Shown: piece by piece, positions 61,199 to 64,000 of the stretch
How positions within the stretch are numbered: the first letter of the stretch is position 1
How the letters are laid out: every line of letters starts with the position of its first letter
Source of the DNA: Nannocystis bainbridge
GTDB taxonomy: Bacteria > Myxococcota_A > Polyangia > Nannocystales > Nannocystaceae
DNA: 64,000 nt
NCBI RefSeq assembly: GCF_028368995.1
Contig: NZ_JAQNDL010000003.1
Coordinates: forward strand, 1,152,001-1,216,000
Direction of reading: 5' to 3'
Notes under the pieces: model-generated
Seen by the model: the letters and a program-made list of their open reading frames with translations, nothing else
The model's database searches: none
What the model was told of the DNA's origin: nothing
Program-made: the position numbers and the translations under genes

Positions 61199-62515
61199 AT
61201 GCTCGACCTCGACGACATTCAGTACATCCTGCTGAACCGCGCGCCGGCCCGCGCCGGGCGGTACGAGTTCCTCTCGTTCGCCAGCGCGGAGGCCGGGCGG
61301 GCGTGGCTGTCCGCGCTCGTGGATCAGGTGCATTCGGTCGAGACGATGCGGGCGTCGATCGCCGACGAAAAACGGTGGGTGACGCTCGCGTTCACGTGGA
61401 ACGGGCTGCGCGCCCTCGGCGTCGACGAGGCCGCGCTGGCCACCTTCCCGGAGGAGTTTCGCCAGGGCATGGCGGCGCGCGCGGAGATCCTCGGCGACAC
61501 CGGCGCGAATCACCCGGACCACTGGGTGGACGGCACGACCGACCCGGACCTCCACGCCATCGTCCTCCTCTTCACCCGCACCGTCGAGGACCGAGCGCAC
61601 TACCAGGAGGAGCTCGCCAGCCTGCTGGCTGCCTCTCCGGGTGCGGAGCTGCTCTCGGCGCTCGACGTCGAGGCCATCCCACCGTTCGGCTACGCCCACG
61701 ACCACTTCGGCTACCGCGACCAGCTGACGAACCTGGCCATCGAGGGCTCCGGCGACGCGCCGACGCCCGGCTCCGGCGGGCTGCTGAAGCCGGGCGAGTT
61801 CATCCTCGGCTATCCCGACGAGCACGGACCGCCGGCGGGCCGACCGCAGCCGGAGGTCCTCTCGCGCAACGGCAGCTTCCTGGCGTATCGCCGGCTGCAG
61901 GAGCACGTGGGCAAGTTCCGCGAATTCCTCGCGGAGCACGGCGAGACCCCCGAGGAGCAGGAGCTCCTGGCGGCGAAGCTGATGGGTCGCTGGCGCAGCG
62001 GCGCCCCGCTGGTGCTCGCGCCCGACAAGGACGACCCGAAGCTCGCCGACGACCCGCAGCGCAACAACGACTTCAATTACAAGCAGGATGACCCGTTCGG
62101 CTACGCCGTACCGCTCGGCGCGCACATCCGCCGCGTGAACCCGCGGGACACCGCGGCCAGCATCAACCGGCACCGCATGATCCGCCGCGGCGCCACCTAC
62201 GGCCCGCACCTGCCCGACGATGCGCCGGAGGACGATCAGGAGCGCGGCGTCGCGGCCTTCGTGCTCTGCGCCAGCCTGATCCGCCAGTTCGAGTTCGCCC
62301 AGAACGTGTGGATCAACGACAAGAACTTCCACGAGCTCGGCAACGAGCGCGATCCGATCATCGGCACCCAGGACGGTACGCTCGAGTTCAAGATCCCGAC
62401 GCGACCGATCCGGCGAACGATCACCGGCCTGCCCGCCTTCACCACCGTACGCGGCGGCGCCTACTTCTTCATCCCCGGGATCGAGGCGCTGCGCTGGCTC
62501 GCCGCCGGCGATTGA
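61199..62515 (+). CDS. dye-decolorizing (DyP-type) peroxidase
   Basis: DIQ, DHFGYRD, GEFILGY, NGSFLAYRRLQE, GRWRSG, AHIRRVNPR, IRRG, QFEF, GGAYFF. Confidence 0.9.
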   Translation: MLDLDDIQYILLNRAPARAGRYEFLSFASAEAGRAWLSALVDQVHSVETMRASIADEKRWVTLAFTWNGLRALGVDEAALATFPEEFRQGMAARAEILGDTGANHPDHWVDGTTDPDLHAIVLLFTRTVEDRAHYQEELASLLAASPGAELLSALDVEAIPPFGYAHDHFGYRDQLTNLAIEGSGDAPTPGSGGLLKPGEFILGYPDEHGPPAGRPQPEVLSRNGSFLAYRRLQEHVGKFREFLAEHGETPEEQELLAAKLMGRWRSGAPLVLAPDKDDPKLADDPQRNNDFNYKQDDPFGYAVPLGAHIRRVNPRDTAASINRHRMIRRGATYGPHLPDDAPEDDQERGVAAFVLCASLIRQFEFAQNVWINDKNFHELGNERDPIIGTQDGTLEFKIPTRPIRRTITGLPAFTTVRGGAYFFIPGIEALRWLAAGD

Positions 62516-62560
62516 TCGCACGCGCACGAGCCTGTCCACCCCCTCCCCCGATTCATCGCC

Positions 62561-63589
62561 ATGCCCCCCAAGAACCCCAACCTACCGCCGGCGAGGACCT
62601 ACAATCAGGCCCATATCCCGCGCAAGTACACACCCGGCAAGCGGCGCATCAGCATCTACTGGGCGTGGAGCTACCCGTGGGAGGCCCAGTGCAGCCTCCT
62701 GACGCTGGACAACCGCTACTCGACCTTCACCGAGGTGCGCAGGGTGCTGTGGCCGGCCTACGAGACGCCGGAGTACAGCCCGGCGCAGTTCCTGCAAGGA
62801 ATCGACGGGACGCTGGAGCTGTTCCACCGCTCCGCGCTGAGCTTTCAGACGGTCGCCGGCGAGGCCACCGGCCACCCCGTGGCGGTGTTCCAGCGCATCG
62901 ATCAGGCCGGCTTCACGCAGCCGATCGACGAGCGGATCCTCGCCGACACCGACACGCTGCTGGTGTTCGGCCTCGACAGCCTGAGCTCCGACCAGGCGGC
63001 CGCGCCGGCGGAGATCGAGGCCATCCAGCACTGGCTGAAGCGGCAGGACACCTGCATCGTGATCGCCCCGCACCACGACGTGGGCGACACCCCGGATTAC
63101 AAGCAGCGCCAGGAAGAATACGAGCACCACGGCGACCCGCTCGTGCCCCGGCAGCAGCGCTTCAGCGGCTACACCCGGTCGCTGTTGCAGGCGCTGGACA
63201 TCCCCGTGATCAACCAATGGGGTCTGCACCCCGCGTTCGCACCGGGCACCAAGGAGATCGCTCCCCTGACGTCCTTCCACGATCTGGACAAGAAGGGGCT
63301 GCTCAAAGACGTCCCGACATTCAACTTGCATCCCCACCTCCCGCACTACGCGCTGATCGGCGACGACACGAAGTCGGTGCAGGTGCTCGCGCGCCAGCCC
63401 ATCAATCTCCAACGCCCGCACCCCTTCACCGCGGCGGGCAACACCGAGTTCAACTGCCTGCTCTGGCTCCCGCCCGCCGGGCAGCGCGCCGGCGACATCC
63501 TGATGGTCGATTCGACCCACTTCACGACCCTGTTCGGCGGCACCGACAGCTTGCGGCAATTCTGGCGGAACCTCGCGCGGATGCAGTGA
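62561..63589 (+). CDS. hypothetical protein following DyP peroxidase
   Basis: Strong coding bias; motifs WSYPWE, PHHDVG, EHHGD, HPHLPHY. Confidence 0.8.
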   Translation: MPPKNPNLPPARTYNQAHIPRKYTPGKRRISIYWAWSYPWEAQCSLLTLDNRYSTFTEVRRVLWPAYETPEYSPAQFLQGIDGTLELFHRSALSFQTVAGEATGHPVAVFQRIDQAGFTQPIDERILADTDTLLVFGLDSLSSDQAAAPAEIEAIQHWLKRQDTCIVIAPHHDVGDTPDYKQRQEEYEHHGDPLVPRQQRFSGYTRSLLQALDIPVINQWGLHPAFAPGTKEIAPLTSFHDLDKKGLLKDVPTFNLHPHLPHYALIGDDTKSVQVLARQPINLQRPHPFTAAGNTEFNCLLWLPPAGQRAGDILMVDSTHFTTLFGGTDSLRQFWRNLARMQ

Positions 63590-63729
63590 CGCCGCGAGCC
63601 CGGACCCGATCGCGCGCGGCGTCTGCCACGGCTCCGGCCGCCGCCCGCTCGGCATGACGCGCGCCGCCTTGCGAGCGCCACGAATCCAGGGAGCCCGGAG
63701 TTCGTGCTTCGTCGCGCAAACTGCTCGGG

Positions 63730-64000
63730 TCACAGCGGATCGATCGTCACCTGCGCGACGCCGAGGCGGAGGAGGCCGGCGCCGAGGCGGCGCTCGACCA
63801 CCCGGGCGGGGTCCGGCACGCCGGCCTGGCTGAACTGCAGGCGGATGCGGTGGATGCTCAGGTGCAGGTAGCCGGCGTCGACCTTGAGCATCTGCAGCAG
63901 GCGGTCCTGCGGCAGCCAGCCCTGCTCGCCGTCGACGACGCCGGCGGCGCGGTCGGCCAGGCGGGCGCGGGCGAGCACGAGCAGCGGATAGTGGTGCGCC
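63730..64000 (-). CDS. C-terminal part of a protein running off the window (resembles the tail of myxobacterial FHA-domain proteins)
   Basis: LLVLARARLAD..EQGW..LLQML..IHRIRLQF..VVERR..LLRLG; ORF open at the window edge. Confidence 0.6.
   Translation of the reverse strand, partial: AHHYPLLVLARARLADRAAGVVDGEQGWLPQDRLLQMLKVDAGYLHLSIHRIRLQFSQAGVPDPARVVERRLGAGLLRLGVAQVTIDPL

Overview
Very GC-rich window, most likely from a myxobacterium (Nannocystis-like gene repertoire: TPR Ser/Thr kinases, ECF sigma factor, ADYC and vWA proteins, Thr/Ser-rich lipoproteins). The centre (~10.6-40.7 kb) is an apparently complete hybrid PKS/NRPS cluster. It encodes a proline-to-halopyrrole starter cassette (dehydrogenase, A domain, PCP, flavin halogenase), an AT-less KS-ACP protein, a methylmalonyl-type PKS module and a Cy-A(Ox)-PCP azole-forming NRPS. 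Two more PKS modules, a free-standing thioesterase, a P450 and a divergent methyltransferase complete it. This fits a chloropyrrole-azole-pyrone (pyrronazol-type) product; that assignment is inference. Unexplained structure includes a dispersed 14-bp palindrome family (TGTCC-N4-GGACA) inside genes, at gene ends and in a 35-bp tandem array, and many in-frame tandem-repeat insertions in the PKS genes. The right flank holds accessory genes: a hydrolase/LysR pair, a double-LuxR regulator, lipoproteins, galM, a Tat-type superoxide-reductase-like protein, decayed oxidoreductase genes and a three-gene DyP peroxidase operon. All calls come from motif reading by eye; no database searches were run.
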